From an uncultured Actinomycetota bacterium (GTDB lineage: Bacteria > Actinomycetota > Actinomycetes > JAFAQI01), in contig CAVYQE010000010.1 in assembly GCA_963770565.1 (NCBI GenBank), forward strand, positions 64,001 to 128,000: DNA of 64,000 nucleotides. Reading direction: 5' to 3'. A model generated the notes under the pieces. The model made no database searches and was not told the origin of the DNA. It saw nothing but the letters and a program-made list of their open reading frames with translations. Made by a program: the position numbers and the translations under genes. Of the stretch, positions 10,609 to 22,495 are shown piece by piece (position 1 is the first letter of the stretch; every line of letters begins with the position of its first letter).

Positions 10609-11704
10609 GCCCGCGATCCTCGTGCTCGAGGACGGCCGGACCTTCCGGGGCGCGGCGTACGGCGCCCGCGGTGAGACCTTCGGTGAGGCGGTGTTCACCA
10701 CCGCCATGACCGGCTACCAGGAGACCCTCACCGATCCGTCGTTCCACCGGCAGGTCGTGATCCAGACCGCACCCCAGATCGGCAACACCGGCGTCAACGA
10801 CGACGACCCCGAGTCCGACCGGATCTGGGTCTCGGGGTACGTCGTCCGCAACCCGGCTCGGATCCCGAGCAACTGGCGCTCCGTGCGCAGCCTCGAGGTC
10901 GAGCTGCAGACCCAAGGCGTGGTCGGGATCAGTAGCGTCGACACCCGGGCACTGACCCGGCATCTGCGTGAGCTCGGGGCGATGCGGGTCGGGGTGAGCA
11001 GCGTCGAGACCGACCCGGCCGCGTTGCGCCAGCGGGTGCTGGCCAGCCCCGGAATGGCCGGTGCGGACCTCGCCGGTGAGGTCACCACCGCCGAGCCCTA
11101 CGTGGTCAAGGCGGTGGGCGAGCGCCGCTTCACCGTGGCCGCGATGGACCTCGGGATCAAGGCGTCGACGCCGCGCTCGCTGGCCGAGCGCGGGTGCGAG
11201 GTACACGTCCTCCCGTGCACGTCAACGGCGGCCGACCTGCTCGCGGTCGAGCCGGACGGGGTGTTCTTCTCCAACGGGCCGGGCGACCCGGCGACCGCTG
11301 ACGGCCCGGTCGCGGCGATGCGGGGCGTGCTCGGCGTCAAGCCGGTGTTCGGGATCTGCTTCGGCAACCAGGTGCTCGGCCGCGCGCTCGGTTTCGGCAC
11401 CTACAAGCTTCCGTTCGGGCATCGGGGGGTCAACCAGCCGGTGCAGGACCGGAGCACTGGACGGATCTCGATCACCAGCCACAACCATGGCTTTGCCGTC
11501 GATGCGCCGATCGAGGGGCCGACCGCGACCGACTTCGGCCGGGTCGAGGTCAGCCACGTCGACCTCAATGACGGTGTCGTCGAGGGCCTGCGCTGTCTCG
11601 ACGTACCGGCCTTCTCGGTGCAGTACCACCCGGAGGCCGCACCCGGCCCGCATGACGCGGTCGACCTGTTCGACGCGTTCGTCGCACTGATGGCGGCGAC
11701 CTGA
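10601..11704 (+). CDS. carA: Carbamoyl-phosphate synthase small subunit
   Basis: [24 protein letters not shown] and [12 protein letters not shown] motifs. Confidence 0.98.
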   Translation: MTEPAILVLEDGRTFRGAAYGARGETFGEAVFTTAMTGYQETLTDPSFHRQVVIQTAPQIGNTGVNDDDPESDRIWVSGYVVRNPARIPSNWRSVRSLEVELQTQGVVGISSVDTRALTRHLRELGAMRVGVSSVETDPAALRQRVLASPGMAGADLAGEVTTAEPYVVKAVGERRFTVAAMDLGIKASTPRSLAERGCEVHVLPCTSTAADLLAVEPDGVFFSNGPGDPATADGPVAAMRGVLGVKPVFGICFGNQVLGRALGFGTYKLPFGHRGVNQPVQDRSTGRISITSHNHGFAVDAPIEGPTATDFGRVEVSHVDLNDGVVEGLRCLDVPAFSVQYHPEAAPGPHDAVDLFDAFVALMAAT

Positions 11705-14700
11705 TGCCGCGTCGCACCGACATCAAGAGCGTCCTGGTCATCGGGTCCGGGCCGATCGTGATCGGCCAGGCCTGTGAGTTCGACTACTCCGGCACCCAGG
11801 CCTGCCGGGTGCTGCGCGAGGAGGGCCTGCGGGTCAGCCTGATCAACTCGAATCCGGCGACGATCATGACCGACCCGGAGTTCGCCGACGCCACCTACAT
11901 CGAGCCGATCACTCCGGAGTACGTCGAAAAGGTCATCGCGCAGGAACGCCCCGACGGCCTGCTGGCGACGCTGGGTGGGCAGACCGCACTCAACGTGACG
12001 GTCGCGCTGCACCAGCGAGGCGTCCTGCAGCGCTACGGCGTGGAGCTGCTCGGCGCGTCGATCGACGCGATTCACGCCGGGGAGGACCGGCAGCGGTTCA
12101 AGGCGGTGTGCGACGCGATCGGTGCCGACTACCCGCACAGCCGGATCGTGCGGACCCTCGCCGAGGCACTCGAGGTCGCGGCCGAGCTGGAGTATCCGCT
12201 CGTGCTCCGGCCGTCTTTCACCCTCGGCGGCTCCGGTTCGGGCTTCGCCTCGGACGAAGCCGAGCTGAGGGCGATGATCGCGGCCGGGCTCGACGCCAGC
12301 CCGGTGCACGAGGTTCTGGTCGAGCAGAGCGTGCTCGGTTGGAAGGAGTTCGAGCTCGAGGTCATGCGCGACCGCAAGGACAACTGCGTCGTGGTCTGCT
12401 CGATCGAGAACCTGGACCCGATGGGCGTGCACACCGGCGACAGCATCACCGTCGCTCCGGCGATGACCCTCACCGACCGCGAATACCAGCAGATGCGTGA
12501 CATGGCGTTCGCGGTCATCCGTGAGGTCGGGGTGGAGACCGGCGGCTCGAACATCCAGTTCGCGGTCGACCCGTCGTCGGGCCGGCAGGTCGTGATCGAG
12601 ATGAACCCGCGGGTGTCACGATCGAGCGCGCTCGCGAGCAAGGCGACGGGTTTCCCGATCGCGAAGATCGCGGCCAAGCTGGCACTGGGCTACACCCTGG
12701 ACGAGATCCCGAACGACATCACGGAGAAGACCCCGGCCAGCTTCGAGCCGAGCCTCGACTACGTCGTGGTCAAGATTCCCCGGTTCGCCTTCGAGAAGTT
12801 CCCGGGTGCGGACACGACCCTGACCACGCACATGAAGAGCGTCGGCGAGGTCATGGCGCTGGGACGGAGCTTTCCCGAGGCCTTGCAGAAGGCGGCCCGG
12901 TCGCTCGAGGCCAAGGGCGCCGAGCTCGACTTCGCCGCACCGGCGGGGGACCGGGCCGAATGGATCGGTCGGGCTGCGCGACCGCACGATCGCCGCTTGC
13001 AAGCGGTCGTGCAGGCGATCCGGGCCGGCGCCACCGTCGACGAGCTGGCGGCCGCGACCGGGATCGACCCCTGGTTCCTCGACCAGCTCGGGTTGCTCGA
13101 CGAGGTCGCCGGCGATCTGCGCGCTGCGCCGCAGCTCGACGAAGCGACCCTTCGGTCGGCGAAGCAGCACGGATTCTCCGACGTACAGATCGCCGCGATC
13201 CGTGGCGGGATCAGTGAGGACGACGTCCGCCGGCTCCGCCACGCGCTCGGGGTGCGGCCGGTGTTCAAGACCGTCGACACCTGCGCGGCCGAGTTCGCCG
13301 CCCGCACTCCGTACCACTACTCGTCGTACGACGAGGAGGACGAGGTCGAGCCGAGCACCCGCCCGAAGGTCCTGATCCTGGGCAGCGGGCCGAACCGGAT
13401 CGGGCAGGGGGTGGAGTTCGACTACTCCTGTGTGCATGCCTGCTACGCCCTGCACGACGCCGGCTTCGACACGGTGATGGTCAACTGCAACCCCGAGACC
13501 GTCTCGACCGACTACGACACCTCCGACCGGCTGTATTTCGAGCCGTTGACGTTGGAGGACGTGCTCGAGGTCGTCGCCGCTGAGCAGCGGACCGGCGAGG
13601 TGGTCGGCGTCGTGGTCCAGCTCGGCGGCCAGACGCCGCTCGGGCTGGCCCAGCCGCTCAAGGACGCCGGCGTCCCGATCGTCGGGACCTCGCCCGAGGC
13701 GATCCACCTCGCCGAGGAGCGCGGCGCGTTCGGCCGGGTGCTGGCCGCGGCCGGCCTGACCGCACCCAAGCACGGGACCGCGCGCTCCTTCGCCGAGGCG
13801 GTCGCGATCGTCCACGGGATCGGCTACCCGGTCCTGGTCCGGCCGTCGTACGTCCTTGGTGGCCGCGGGATGGAGATCGTGTACGACGACGACACGTTGC
13901 GCGACTACATCGACCGCGCGACCGAGGTCAGCCCCGAGCATCCGGTGCTGGTCGACCGGTTCCTCGACGACGCGATCGAGGTCGACGTCGACGCGATCTA
14001 TGACGGAGTCGAGCTGTTCCTCGGCGGGGTGATGGAGCACATCGAGGAAGCCGGCATCCACTCCGGCGACTCCGCCTGCGCACTGCCGCCGATCACCCTT
14101 GGCCGAGCCGACGTCGCCCGGATCCGCACGGCCACCGAGGCGATCGCGATCGGCGTCGGCGTACACGGGCTGCTCAACGTGCAGTTCGCGCTGGCCGGCG
14201 ACGTCCTCTACGTCCTCGAGGCCAACCCGCGGGCCAGCCGCACGGTGCCGTTCGTCGCGAAGGCGACCGCGGTCCCGCTCGCCAAGGCAGCCGCCCGGGT
14301 GATGCTGGGCGCGACGATCGCCGAGCTGCGGGTCGAGGGCATGCTGCCCGACGGCGACGGCGCCGACCTCCCGCTCGACGCGCCGATCTGCGTGAAGGAA
14401 GCGGTCCTGCCGTGGAACCGCTTCAGCGGGGTCGACACGGTGCTCGGCCCGGAGATGAAGTCGACCGGCGAGGTCATGGGCATCGACGCGGGTTTCGGCA
14501 CCGCGTTCGCCAAGTCCCAGGAAGCGGCGTACGGCGGACTGCCGACCAAGGGGCGGATCTTCGTCTCGGTGGCCGACCGTGACAAGCGCCACCTGATCTT
14601 CCCGGCGAAGCGGCTGGCCGACCTCGGGTTCGAGGTGCTCGCGACCGGCGGGACCGCCGAGGTGCTGCGCCGCAACGGGGTGCCGTCGACCGTGGTCCGC

Positions 14701-15027
14701 AAGATCTCCGATGGCCCCGGCCCGGACGGCGAGCCGACGATCGTCGACCGGATCCTCGCCGGCGAGGTGGACCTGATCGTCAACACGCCGTTCGGCAACT
14801 CCGGCCCGCGCCTGGACGGGTATGAGATCCGGACCGCCGCCGTGGTGAGGGGAATACCGTGTTTGACCACGGTGCAAGCGCTCGGTGCCGCAGTGCAGGG
14901 CATCGAGGCGCTGCGCGGTGGTGAGGTTGGCGTGGCACCGCTGCAGCGGCATCATGCGGTGATCAACGCCGACCGGGCCAGCCGGGCCACGAAGCGAGAC
15001 ACGCAGAACCCGAGGAGTGAAGCCTGA
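11704..15027 (+). CDS. carB: Carbamoyl-phosphate synthase large subunit
   Basis: [36 protein letters not shown], second ATP-grasp domain and C-terminal MGS domain. Confidence 0.99.
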   Translation: MPRRTDIKSVLVIGSGPIVIGQACEFDYSGTQACRVLREEGLRVSLINSNPATIMTDPEFADATYIEPITPEYVEKVIAQERPDGLLATLGGQTALNVTVALHQRGVLQRYGVELLGASIDAIHAGEDRQRFKAVCDAIGADYPHSRIVRTLAEALEVAAELEYPLVLRPSFTLGGSGSGFASDEAELRAMIAAGLDASPVHEVLVEQSVLGWKEFELEVMRDRKDNCVVVCSIENLDPMGVHTGDSITVAPAMTLTDREYQQMRDMAFAVIREVGVETGGSNIQFAVDPSSGRQVVIEMNPRVSRSSALASKATGFPIAKIAAKLALGYTLDEIPNDITEKTPASFEPSLDYVVVKIPRFAFEKFPGADTTLTTHMKSVGEVMALGRSFPEALQKAARSLEAKGAELDFAAPAGDRAEWIGRAARPHDRRLQAVVQAIRAGATVDELAAATGIDPWFLDQLGLLDEVAGDLRAAPQLDEATLRSAKQHGFSDVQIAAIRGGISEDDVRRLRHALGVRPVFKTVDTCAAEFAARTPYHYSSYDEEDEVEPSTRPKVLILGSGPNRIGQGVEFDYSCVHACYALHDAGFDTVMVNCNPETVSTDYDTSDRLYFEPLTLEDVLEVVAAEQRTGEVVGVVVQLGGQTPLGLAQPLKDAGVPIVGTSPEAIHLAEERGAFGRVLAAAGLTAPKHGTARSFAEAVAIVHGIGYPVLVRPSYVLGGRGMEIVYDDDTLRDYIDRATEVSPEHPVLVDRFLDDAIEVDVDAIYDGVELFLGGVMEHIEEAGIHSGDSACALPPITLGRADVARIRTATEAIAIGVGVHGLLNVQFALAGDVLYVLEANPRASRTVPFVAKATAVPLAKAAARVMLGATIAELRVEGMLPDGDGADLPLDAPICVKEAVLPWNRFSGVDTVLGPEMKSTGEVMGIDAGFGTAFAKSQEAAYGGLPTKGRIFVSVADRDKRHLIFPAKRLADLGFEVLATGGTAEVLRRNGVPSTVVRKISDGPGPDGEPTIVDRILAGEVDLIVNTPFGNSGPRLDGYEIRTAAVVRGIPCLTTVQALGAAVQGIEALRGGEVGVAPLQRHHAVINADRASRATKRDTQNPRSEA

Positions 15028-15881
15028 TGCCGGTGCAGGTCAAGGGCGAGGTGCTGAGCGTCAAGCCGATCGGCGACTACTACTCGATGACGATCGTCGC
15101 GTCCGGCATCGCGGAGAACGCGCGGCCAGGCCAGTTCGTTGCGGTGTCGGTCGGCGGACCGGAAGGCAGCACGCTGCTGCGCCGGGCGTTCTCGATCTAC
15201 CAGGTCCGCGAGACCGGGGTCTACGGCGGCACGGTGGAGTTCATCTTCTCGGTCACCGGCAAGGGCACCGCCTGGTTGTCGCGCCAGCGGTCGTACGACC
15301 CGATCGACGTCGTCGGTCCGCTCGGCCGGCCCTTCGCGCTGCCGCGAGAGCCGGCGAACTGCGTCCTGGTCGGCGGTGGATACGGGTCTGCGCCGCTGTT
15401 CATGCTGGCCGACGCGCTGCGAACCCGCGGCTGCCGGATCGACGCGGTGCTGGGTGCCTCGACCGGCGACCGGATGTTCGGCGCGCTGGACGCCAAACGG
15501 ATGGCGGCCAGCGTCGCCTTCACTACCGACGATGGCTCGTACGGCGAAAAGGGAAAGGTGTCGGACGTGTTACCCGACGTCATCGACCGCGTGCACGCTG
15601 ATGTGGTCTATGCGTGCGGGCCGATGCCGATGCTCGAGGCGGTGCAGCGCATCGCCGGTGCCGCTTATGGCGGCGCCGGGATCCCCACCCAGCTCTCAGT
15701 CGAGGAGTCGATGGCCTGCGGGATCGGGGTGTGCATGACCTGCGTCCTGCCGGTCATCGGCAGCGACGACAACACCCGGATGATGCGGACCTGCGTCGAC
15801 GGGCCGGTCTTCGCCGGTGATCGGATTCGCTGGGATGCGCTCGGGACCGTGCCCGAGGATGCGGTCGGAGCCGGGCGGTGA
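15027..15881 (+). CDS. pyrK: Dihydroorotate dehydrogenase electron-transfer subunit
   Basis: LRRAFS, GPLGRPF, GGGYG, ACGPMPM and the MACGIGVCMTC...C [2Fe-2S] motif. Confidence 0.92.
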   Translation: MPVQVKGEVLSVKPIGDYYSMTIVASGIAENARPGQFVAVSVGGPEGSTLLRRAFSIYQVRETGVYGGTVEFIFSVTGKGTAWLSRQRSYDPIDVVGPLGRPFALPREPANCVLVGGGYGSAPLFMLADALRTRGCRIDAVLGASTGDRMFGALDAKRMAASVAFTTDDGSYGEKGKVSDVLPDVIDRVHADVVYACGPMPMLEAVQRIAGAAYGGAGIPTQLSVEESMACGIGVCMTCVLPVIGSDDNTRMMRTCVDGPVFAGDRIRWDALGTVPEDAVGAGR

Positions 15882-17026
15882 CCGAGATGCCGCAGACGCC
15901 TGAGGGCCGCAAGATGAGCATCACCTTGCGCCGCGGTGGCGAGGCGCCCCGCCACTCGGCCGTCGACATGACCACGACACTCGGCTCGCTGACCGTTCCC
16001 GACCCGGTCTTCACCGCCTCGGGCTGCGCGGCCTCCGGCCAGGAGCTCGCCCCCTTCAACGACCTGACCGCGCTCGGCGGCGTCGTCACCAAGTCGATCC
16101 AGCTCACCGCCCGGGCGGGCCGGGCCACGCCGCGGATGGCGGAGACGCCGAGCGGGATGCTCAACTCGATCGGCCTGCAGGGTCCGGGGGTCGACGTGTT
16201 CATCAAGCGCGACCTGACCTGGCTCGAGGAGCGCGGGGTCCGAGCGGTGGTCTCGATCGCCGGATCGACGATCGACGACTACGGCAAGCTGGCCGGCAAG
16301 CTGCGCGGCAAGCCGCTGGCGATGGTGGAGGTGAACATCTCCTGCCCGAACGTCGAAGACCGCGGAGAGGTCTTCGCGTGTGATCCGAGTGCGGCCGCCG
16401 CGGTCGTGGCGGCGGTCCGACGTGGCACGGCATCCGGGGTGCCGGTGTTCGCGAAGCTCTCGCCCGACGTGACCGACCTCGTGTCGATCGCGAAAGCCTG
16501 CGTTGACGCCGGCGCATCCGGATTGACCCTGATCAACACCACGCTCGGCATGGTGATCGACACCAAGACGATGCGACCGGTCCTCGCCGGAGTCACCGGC
16601 GGCCTGTCCGGGCCGGCGATCCGGCCGCTGGCATTGCGCTGTGTCTGGCAGGTGCACGAGGCGCTGCCCGACGTCCCGATCATGGGGGTCGGCGGGATTC
16701 GTACCGGCCTGGACGCGCTGCAGTTCATCCTGGCCGGCGCGAGTGCGGTCCAGGTCGGCACCGTGATCTTCCACGACCCTGGGGCGCCGGGGCGGGTGTC
16801 CCGCGAGCTGCGGGAAGCCCTCGCCGCCCGCGGGATGGATCGGCTCGAGCAGGCGATCGGGCTCGGCCACCGTCCGCCCGACATGATGATTCCCGAGGCG
16901 CCGGAGCCCCTCGGCGCCGAGCTTGCCCCGGCCGAGCCCTACGACCCCGGATATGAGCCCGGGTACGAGTCGAGCTACGACACCAACTACGAGGACGAGG
17001 CCATGCGGCTGACCGAGGACGCCTAG
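15878..17026 (+). CDS. pyrD: Dihydroorotate dehydrogenase (family 1B); true start may be the downstream ATG of MTTTLGSL
   Basis: TASGC, NSIGLQGPG, EVNISCPN, KLSPDV, INT and GGLSGPAIRP motifs. Confidence 0.94.
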   Translation: MTEMPQTPEGRKMSITLRRGGEAPRHSAVDMTTTLGSLTVPDPVFTASGCAASGQELAPFNDLTALGGVVTKSIQLTARAGRATPRMAETPSGMLNSIGLQGPGVDVFIKRDLTWLEERGVRAVVSIAGSTIDDYGKLAGKLRGKPLAMVEVNISCPNVEDRGEVFACDPSAAAAVVAAVRRGTASGVPVFAKLSPDVTDLVSIAKACVDAGASGLTLINTTLGMVIDTKTMRPVLAGVTGGLSGPAIRPLALRCVWQVHEALPDVPIMGVGGIRTGLDALQFILAGASAVQVGTVIFHDPGAPGRVSRELREALAARGMDRLEQAIGLGHRPPDMMIPEAPEPLGAELAPAEPYDPGYEPGYESSYDTNYEDEAMRLTEDA

Positions 17027-17769
17027 TGCCGGCCGGCAGTGATGGCCACGCTCCGATCGCGGTCGCGCTCGACACCGCTGACCTCGACACCGCGCTGGCC
17101 TGGGCGGGCGCGGTTGCTCCCCATGTCTCGTGCCTGAAGGTCGGCCTCGAGCTGTTCTGCGCACACGGGCTGGCCGCAGTCCAGCAGGTCCGCGACTGCT
17201 CCGGGCTGGACCTGTTCCTCGACCTCAAGCTCCACGACATCCCGGCCACAGTCGCCGGTGCCGCCCAAGCGCTGGCCGGGCTGGCGCCGACGTACCTCAC
17301 CGTTCACGCCGCCGGCGGCCCAGTGATGATCGCCGCTGCAGCGGACGCCGTGCCGCAGACCCGGATCGCCGGAGTCACCGTGCTGACCTCGCTCTCGGCG
17401 AGCCAGCTCGACCGGATCGGGCTGTCCGGCCCGCCGTCCGACGCGGTCGCCCGGCTGGCCCTCCTTGCGGTCGAGGCCGGGGCCAGGGCGCTGGTGTGCT
17501 CGCCGCAGGAAGTCGCCCAGGTCCGAGCGGCCGTCGGCGCCGGGATCACGCTGATCACCCCGGGTGTCCGTCCCGCCGGAACGGACGACGGCGACCAGGC
17601 GCGCACTGCCACCCCTCATCGCGCCCGTGCCGCCGGCGCCGATCTGCTGGTCATCGGACGGCCGATCACCGGGGCTGCTGATCCTGGTGAGGCGGCTGCG
17701 GCGATTGCTGCCTCGCTCGACTCGCCAATCGGTGCGGATCAGTTGCCTAACGCGCGGTCGGCTCGCTAG
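17026..17769 (+). CDS. pyrF: Orotidine-5'-phosphate decarboxylase
   Basis: VALD, KVGLELF, DLKLHDIPATV, VTVLTS, TPGVR and IGRPIT motifs. Confidence 0.96.
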   Translation: MPAGSDGHAPIAVALDTADLDTALAWAGAVAPHVSCLKVGLELFCAHGLAAVQQVRDCSGLDLFLDLKLHDIPATVAGAAQALAGLAPTYLTVHAAGGPVMIAAAADAVPQTRIAGVTVLTSLSASQLDRIGLSGPPSDAVARLALLAVEAGARALVCSPQEVAQVRAAVGAGITLITPGVRPAGTDDGDQARTATPHRARAAGADLLVIGRPITGAADPGEAAAAIAASLDSPIGADQLPNARSAR

Positions 17770-17838
17770 GTTCGCCGCCACTGCGGCAATGAACCTGAGA
17801 CCACGTCAGGCCGATCCTGGACCAGAGGTGAACGCATC

Positions 17839-18180
17839 GTGCCGCTCCCGCCGTTGACCCGCGAGCAACGCAGTGCAGCACTGGCAAAGGCGACCGCGGC
17901 CCGCAAGGTCCGCGCCGCGCTGAGGGAGCGCCTCAAGCACTCGGGCGCAACCTTGAGCGAGGTCTTCGACGCCGGCGAGACCGACGAGGCGGTCGGCAAG
18001 ATGCGGGTGAGTGCCGTGCTCGAGTCGATGCCCGGCGTCGGAAAGGTTCGCGCCCAGCGAATCATGGAGAAGATCGGGATCTCCGCTACTCGACGGGTCC
18101 GAGGCCTCGGCGCCCATCAGCGCGCCGCACTGCAGCGCGAATTCGCCGCGGGTCCGACTGCGCCGCATGCCGGGGGTTAG
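17839..18180 (+). CDS. mihF: Actinobacterial integration host factor (mIHF/sIHF)
   Basis: LPPLT.EQR.AALAKA..AR and [27 protein letters not shown] motifs; lies between pyrF and gmk. Confidence 0.92.
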   Translation: MPLPPLTREQRSAALAKATAARKVRAALRERLKHSGATLSEVFDAGETDEAVGKMRVSAVLESMPGVGKVRAQRIMEKIGISATRRVRGLGAHQRAALQREFAAGPTAPHAGG

Positions 18181-18736
18181 CCCGCGCCCCAATCGGCTCG
18201 CCGTACTCTCCGGGCCCGCCGGGGTCGGCAAGAGCACAGTGGTCGACCATCTGCGGCACAGCGAGCCCCGGATCTGGCACTCGGTCAGCGTGACCACCCG
18301 GCCGATGCGACCCGCAGAGGTCGACGGGGCGAGCTACTGGTTCGTCGACTCGGCCGAGTTCGCGGGCATGGTCGAGCGCGGTGAGCTGCTCGAGCACGCG
18401 GTGTACGCCGGCAACCTCTACGGCACGCCAAGGGCGGCCGTAGCTGAGCACCTCGCCGCAGGCGACCTGGTCCTGCTGGAGATCGAGATCCAGGGCGCCC
18501 GGCAGATCCGCGCGCTCGTGCCGGATGCGCTGCTGTTGTTCCTCAAGCCGCCGTCCTGGGATGAGCTCGAGCGTCGGCTGCGCGGTCGCGGGACCGAGGA
18601 CCCCGAGATCATCGAGCGCCGGCTGGCGCAGGCCAGGGTGGAGCTGGCGGCCGAGGACGAGTTCGACGCGGTGATCGAGGCCGGCTCGGTCGAGGCCGCC
18701 GCGGCCGAGATCGTGGCCCTCATGACCGGCTCGTGA
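18167..18736 (+). CDS. gmk: Guanylate kinase
   Basis: [24 protein letters not shown] and NLYGTP motifs; ATG at 18167. Confidence 0.95.
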   Translation: MPGVSPRPNRLAVLSGPAGVGKSTVVDHLRHSEPRIWHSVSVTTRPMRPAEVDGASYWFVDSAEFAGMVERGELLEHAVYAGNLYGTPRAAVAEHLAAGDLVLLEIEIQGARQIRALVPDALLLFLKPPSWDELERRLRGRGTEDPEIIERRLAQARVELAAEDEFDAVIEAGSVEAAAAEIVALMTGS

Positions 18737-18809
18737 GCCGGGCTCCGAGGCGGCGCGACTGGTAGCCTGGAGGCTCATCCGAAACAGCCCCGACGATGTG
18801 AGGCACGAC

Positions 18810-19073
18810 GTGTCCGGCACTGCCGCGCGACCTGAAGGCATCACCAACCCGCCGATCGACGAGTTGCTCGACAAGGTCGAGAGCAAGTACGCCCTGGTGA
18901 TCTACTCCGCCAAGCGGGCCCGCCAGATCAACGCCTACTACTCGCAGCTCGGCGAAGGGCTGCTCGAGTACGTCGGACCGCTCGTTCCCGCCCACGTGCA
19001 GGAGAAGCCCCTGTCGGTGGCGTTGCGCGAAGCGAACCAGGACCTGTTGACCTTCGAGCAGGTCGAGGTCTAA
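18810..19073 (+). CDS. rpoZ: RNA polymerase omega subunit
   Basis: [28 protein letters not shown] and [10 protein letters not shown] motifs. Confidence 0.96.
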   Translation: MSGTAARPEGITNPPIDELLDKVESKYALVIYSAKRARQINAYYSQLGEGLLEYVGPLVPAHVQEKPLSVALREANQDLLTFEQVEV

Positions 19074-19099
19074 CCGCCTCCAGCCAGAGCAGGGCGCTG

Positions 19100-20317
19100 A
19101 TGACACCAGAGCAAGGCGTTCGGCCCCGGGTCGTTCTCGGTGTGTGCGGCGGCATCGCGGCGTACAAGGCGTGCGAACTGCTACGCCAGTTCACCGAGTC
19201 CGGGCACGACGTCCGGGTGATCCCCACCGAGTCGGCCACCAGGTTCGTCGGCGAGGCGACGTGGGCCGCGCTGTCCGGCAACCCGGTGACGACCGACGTC
19301 TGGACCGACGCGCACGAGGTGCCGCACGTGACGATCGGCCGCCAGGCCGACCTGGTGGTCGTGGCGCCGGCCACCGCCGACCTGCTCGCGCGGATGGCGA
19401 TCGGGCGCGCCGACGACCTGCTGACCGCCACCCTGCTCACCGCCACCTGTCCGGTCGTGGTCGCGCCCGCTATGCACACCGAGATGTGGGAGCACGCCGC
19501 GACCCGCGCCAATGTCGCGACGCTGCGCGAGCGCGGGATCGTCGTGCTCGATCCGGCCGTGGGGCGGCTGACCGGCGCGGACAGCGGCATCGGCCGGCTG
19601 CCCGAACCGGCCGAGATCTTCGCGGTCGCGCGGTTGGTGCTCGCCCGGGGCAATGTGCCACTGGATCTCGCCGGGCGGCACGTGGTGATCTCGGCCGGTG
19701 GCACCCGGGAGCCGATCGACCCGGTGCGCTTCCTCGGCAACCGGTCGAGCGGGCGACAGGGTTACGCGCTGGCCCGCGCTGCGTTGGCTCGTGGCGCGGA
19801 GGTCACCGTCGTCGCCGCTAATACGGCGCTGCCGGACCCGGCGGGGGCCAAGCTGGTGCGGGTCCGTACGGCCGAAGAGCTTCGGCATGCCGTCCTCGAG
19901 GCCGCGGCCAGTGCGGACGCGGTCGTGATGGCGGCCGCCGTCGCCGACTTCCGGCCGGTCACCAAGGCGGCCTCGAAGCTGAAGAAGACCACGTCCGACC
20001 CCGAGCCGTTGGCGCTGACCCGCAACCCCGACATCCTCGCCGAGCTGTCGGCGGATCGCCGCCGTGCGGGCCAGGTCGTCGTCGGCTTCGCCGCCGAGAC
20101 CGACGATGTGCTCGCCAACGGCGCGCTCAAGCTGGCCGCCAAGGGATGCGACCTGATGGTGGTCAACGAGGTGGGCGAGCACCGCACATTCGACGCCGAG
20201 GAGAACTCTGCGGTCATCCTGGCCGCGGACGGCAGTTCGACCGTCGTACCGGTCGGGAGCAAAGAGGCGCTTGGACACGCCGTGTGGGACCTGGTCGTTG
20301 CCCGGCTTCCCCAGTAG
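19100..20317 (+). CDS. coaBC: Phosphopantothenoylcysteine decarboxylase/ligase
   Basis: GGIAAYK, APAMHTEMW, GGTREPIDPVRFLGNRSSG and GFAAET motifs. Confidence 0.97.
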   Translation: MTPEQGVRPRVVLGVCGGIAAYKACELLRQFTESGHDVRVIPTESATRFVGEATWAALSGNPVTTDVWTDAHEVPHVTIGRQADLVVVAPATADLLARMAIGRADDLLTATLLTATCPVVVAPAMHTEMWEHAATRANVATLRERGIVVLDPAVGRLTGADSGIGRLPEPAEIFAVARLVLARGNVPLDLAGRHVVISAGGTREPIDPVRFLGNRSSGRQGYALARAALARGAEVTVVAANTALPDPAGAKLVRVRTAEELRHAVLEAAASADAVVMAAAVADFRPVTKAASKLKKTTSDPEPLALTRNPDILAELSADRRRAGQVVVGFAAETDDVLANGALKLAAKGCDLMVVNEVGEHRTFDAEENSAVILAADGSSTVVPVGSKEALGHAVWDLVVARLPQ

Positions 20318-20333
20318 GTCGAATCCGGTCGAC

Positions 20334-20900
20334 GTGCCGACCGTGTTCCCGCTCGATCTCGGCGATGGCGTGCAGTTGTCGGCCACGACCGCGGCGGACG
20401 CGAGCGAGGCCTTCGCGGTCGTCGACGCCGAGCGGCACCGCCTGCGGGAGTGGCTGCCCTGGGTCGACGACACCGTGGACGTCGAGACCGAACGCTCCTT
20501 CCTGACCTCGATCGAGCAGGTCAATGCGACCGGCACCGGCGTGCACGCGACGATTCGGTGCGACGGCGAGCTGGCCGGCTTGGTCGGGCTTCGGCTCGAC
20601 GGGCTCCATGCGTGCGCCGAGGTCGGGTACTGGCTCGGCGAGCGTTGGGTCGGACGGGGGGTCATGACCCGCGCGGTCGCCGCGATGATCGACCTGGCCT
20701 TCCGCGACCTGGGAATCCACCGGGTCGAGCTGCTCGCGGCCACCGAGAACGTCCGCAGCCGGGCGATCGCGGAGCGGCTGGGAATGACCCTCGAAGGGGT
20801 CCGACGCGAGGCCGAGGAGCTCCCGCACGGGTTCGTCGACCTTGCGATGTATTCGATCCTGGCCCAGGACTGGCCAGACCGAGGCGCGCCAACCATCTAG
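20334..20900 (+). CDS. GNAT acetyltransferase, RimJ/RimL family
   Basis: LREWLPW, EVGYWL...GRGVMT and N.RSRAIAERLG..LEG..R motifs. Confidence 0.85.
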   Translation: MPTVFPLDLGDGVQLSATTAADASEAFAVVDAERHRLREWLPWVDDTVDVETERSFLTSIEQVNATGTGVHATIRCDGELAGLVGLRLDGLHACAEVGYWLGERWVGRGVMTRAVAAMIDLAFRDLGIHRVELLAATENVRSRAIAERLGMTLEGVRREAEELPHGFVDLAMYSILAQDWPDRGAPTI

Positions 20901-20957
20901 ACTTTCCGCCAGGCCAGCCGGCGTGATGAGACCGGTTGCATTCATGAGGAGTTGTGC

Positions 20958-22154
20958 GTGTCGCATCGTCTTTTCACCTCGGAGTCGGTCACCGAGGGTC
21001 ATCCGGACAAGATCGCTGACCAGATCAGCGACACGATCCTCGACGCGATGATCAAGGACGACCCCTCCAGCCGGGTGGCGGTCGAGACCTTGATCACGAC
21101 CGGCCAGGTCCACATTGCCGGCGAGGTGAAGACCGACACCTATGTCGACATCCCGATGCTGGTGCGCGAGACCATCCTCGGCATCGGCTACGACTCCTCC
21201 CGCAAGGGTTTCGACGGCGAGTCGTGCGGCGTGAGCGTGTCGATCGGTAGCCAGTCCAAGGACATCGCGCAAGGCGTCGACGACGCCTACGAGCACCGGG
21301 TCGGCAAGGACACCCCTGACCCGCTCGACCGCCAGGGCGCCGGCGACCAGGGCTTGATGTTCGGCTACGCCTGTGACGACACCCCGGAGCTGATGCCGCT
21401 GCCGATCGCCCTGGCGCACCGGCTGGCCCGGCGGCTCTCCGCCGTACGCAAGAGCGGCCTGGTGCCCTACCTGCGCCCGGACGGCAAGACCCAGGTGACG
21501 ATCGAGTACGCCGAGAACAAGCCGGTCCGGCTCGACACCGTGGTCGTGTCCAGCCAGCACGCCGCCGACATCGACATCGACACACTGCTCGCTCCCGACA
21601 TCCAGGAGCACGTCGTCACCCCCGAGCTCGCCGACCTCGGCATCGACGTCTCGGCGTACCGCCTGCTCGTCAACCCGACCGGCCGGTTCGAGATCGGCGG
21701 CCCGATGGGTGACGCCGGGCTCACCGGGCGCAAGATCATCGTCGACAGCTACGGCGGCATGGCCCGCCATGGCGGCGGCGCGTTCAGCGGCAAGGACCCG
21801 TCGAAGGTCGACCGCTCGGGTGCATACGCGATGCGCTGGGTGGCGAAGAACGTCGTCGCCGCCGGGCTGGCGTCGCGCTGCGAGGTGCAGGTCGCGTACG
21901 CGATCGGCAAGGCCCGGCCGGTCGGAACCTTCGTCGACACGTTCGGGACCGGGGTCGTGTCGGACGAGAAGATCCAGGACGCGATCCATGCGGTGTTCGA
22001 CCTGCGGCCGGCCGCGATCATTCGCGACCTCGACCTGCTGCGGCCGATCTACACCCAGACCGCGGCGTACGGGCACTTCGGTCGGCCCGAGCTGGACTTC
22101 ACCTGGGAGTCGACTGCGCGCGTCGATTCTCTTCGGGCCGCTGCGTTGGGCTGA
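20958..22154 (+). CDS. metK: S-adenosylmethionine synthetase
   Basis: [19 protein letters not shown] and [16 protein letters not shown] motifs. Confidence 0.99.
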   Translation: MSHRLFTSESVTEGHPDKIADQISDTILDAMIKDDPSSRVAVETLITTGQVHIAGEVKTDTYVDIPMLVRETILGIGYDSSRKGFDGESCGVSVSIGSQSKDIAQGVDDAYEHRVGKDTPDPLDRQGAGDQGLMFGYACDDTPELMPLPIALAHRLARRLSAVRKSGLVPYLRPDGKTQVTIEYAENKPVRLDTVVVSSQHAADIDIDTLLAPDIQEHVVTPELADLGIDVSAYRLLVNPTGRFEIGGPMGDAGLTGRKIIVDSYGGMARHGGGAFSGKDPSKVDRSGAYAMRWVAKNVVAAGLASRCEVQVAYAIGKARPVGTFVDTFGTGVVSDEKIQDAIHAVFDLRPAAIIRDLDLLRPIYTQTAAYGHFGRPELDFTWESTARVDSLRAAALG

Positions 22155-22158
22155 GCCC

Positions 22159-22475
22159 ACCGCTGCGCAAACACGGCTCGACGGGCTCGCCTAGGTTTGC
22201 TCCGCGGCGAGCCCAGCCCGCCTGTGCTCGCCCAAACGTGAATCTCTTGCGCTTGTCGACTGACATTGCGGTGGTGCATGTGGTCTCGTGCGCTGGGCGG
22301 GGTCGGTGCTACCGGCTCACCTCGGGTTGCTCCGCGACGGGCGCAGCCCGGCTGCACTGGCCTAAGCGAACCGCTCCACAAACACGGCTCGACCGGCTCG
22401 CCTAGGTTTGTTCCGCGGCCCGCTCAGGCCAGTACGGTGCGCTCCAACGGCCGTCTCTTGCGCTTGTCGACGGGC
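22159..22475. repeat. Diverged intergenic direct repeats (two ~100-bp copies 211 bp apart plus a central ~40-bp partial copy)
   Basis: caaacacggctcgac(g/c)ggctcgcctaggtttg(c/t)tccgcggc at 22168 and 22379; tctcttgcgcttgtcgac at 22243 and 22454; partial copy accggctcacctcgggttgctccgcgac at 22311. Confidence 0.85.
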
Positions 22476-22495
22476 ATCGCTGGTAGACCGGTGGC

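Noticed and set aside
22159-22475. CRISPR array interpretation of the metK-priA repeats
   Set aside because: Only 2-3 diverged copies with irregular spacing (130 and 81 bp), similarity extending into the would-be spacers, and no cas genes in the window.
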